From positions 1 through 24,271 of the IMG/VR virus record IMGVR_UViG_3300020045_018888: a stretch of DNA of 24,271 nucleotides; one strand, written 5' to 3'. The DNA is from a virus. Its lineage: Duplodnaviria > Caudoviricetes. Made by a program: the position numbers and the translations under genes. Numbering within the stretch: the stretch's first letter is position 1; the number at the start of each line of letters is the position of its first letter. The notes below the pieces were generated by a model. That model worked only from the letters and a program-made list of their open reading frames with translations. It did no database searches and was not told the origin of the DNA. This document shows positions 23,819-24,271 of this stretch, in pieces.

Positions 23819-24270
23819 TATGCTACTTTTAAAAGATGAATTAATCTTTCTGCCATTGCCTCTGCCCACGCTTTGGGTACCAACGGATGCACTGAATTAC
23901 CAATAAACTTTTTGTGATCACTCTGATTTCCTACCATCTGGTAGTTATCCGGAAAGCCTTGTATTTTCAATAATTCTGGTACCCGCAGCATCCGCATCTT
24001 AATATCCACTAACCCAAACACACACATAAACTGTTTGATCTTCAGCATGATTTCCGTATCGCAATCAAATGCAGCAATTTCCACTTTACCACCTTCCACC
24101 TGCACCAGGTATAGCGGTGCTTTATCTTGCCTGGCAATGATCACCGGGCAAGGCCTGTCTGTAGATGTACTGTGCCCACCATGCGAAGGATTAACGATGT
24201 AGTGATGGTGCCTGTCTGCTGTAATGGTCGGACATGGGTTTTCAACAGACTTTGGCGTATTTGAAAAGTT
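23818..24270 (-). CDS. DNA (cytosine-5)-methyltransferase, C-terminal part (5' end outside the window)
   Basis: The frame is open to the window edge, with SVENPCPTITA and STDRPCPVIIA repeats, motif IX MRMLRVPELLKIQGFP and motif X KFIGNSV. Confidence 0.9.
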   Translation of the reverse strand, partial: NFSNTPKSVENPCPTITADRHHHYIVNPSHGGHSTSTDRPCPVIIARQDKAPLYLVQVEGGKVEIAAFDCDTEIMLKIKQFMCVFGLVDIKMRMLRVPELLKIQGFPDNYQMVGNQSDHKKFIGNSVHPLVPKAWAEAMAERLIHLLKVA

Positions 24271-24271
24271 A

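Larger units (their letters stand above)
1..24271. mobile_element. Tailed (siphovirus-like) phage or prophage segment, probable Bacteroidota host
   Basis: TerS, TerL, tape measure, tail chaperone, initiator plus DnaB and dense co-oriented small ORFs with ATGA/TAATG overlaps. No host housekeeping genes, integrase or att site are visible, so free phage versus prophage cannot be decided. Confidence 0.93.

Noticed and set aside
258-23820. TAG-to-sense recoding as in some Bacteroidota phages, prompted by the GT25 and 905 amber stops
   Set aside because: Long genes (tape measure, TerL, DnaB, 744-aa protein) are uninterrupted in the standard code, and TAG ends several genes at natural positions (10086, 13795, 21457, 23818).
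1-24271. CRISPR mini-array, DGR template/variable repeats, tRNA genes, integrase or IS
   Set aside because: I saw no spaced direct repeats, reverse transcriptase, cloverleaf or recombinase motifs by eye. Intergenic gaps are short and explained by promoters or hairpins. Dedicated scans were not run.

Overview
About 24 kb of an AT-rich tailed phage or prophage. A Bacteroidota host is inferred from TAnnTTTG promoter boxes, AT-rich translation starts and a Bacteroidota-style DnaB. Nearly all genes run on the minus strand, right to left: C5 DNA methyltransferase (cut by the window edge), DndC/PAPS-reductase-like protein, HNH protein, replication initiator with internal iteron-like repeats, DnaB, nucleases and small accessory ORFs, TerS, TerL, a GT25 glycosyltransferase, a beta-helix fibre/spike-like protein, tail assembly chaperone, tape measure and a tail protein. 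Main observations: (1) the tail protein gene breaks at about 900, and bases 1-900 look like its own downstream continuation in inverted orientation, with the junction in the loop of an imperfect inverted repeat; (2) one 42-bp promoter architecture occurs twice, before terS and before the structural operon; (3) a T9 slippery site opens a -1 frame that stops exactly at the tape measure ATG; (4) three replication-region proteins end in an SSB-like (D/E)LPF tail; (5) an Acb2/Tad1-like sponge candidate sits beside a hairpin-flanked secreted-peptide gene; (6) no portal, capsid or major tail gene is recognisable between terL and the tape measure. All family calls come from motif recognition by eye, with no database searches.
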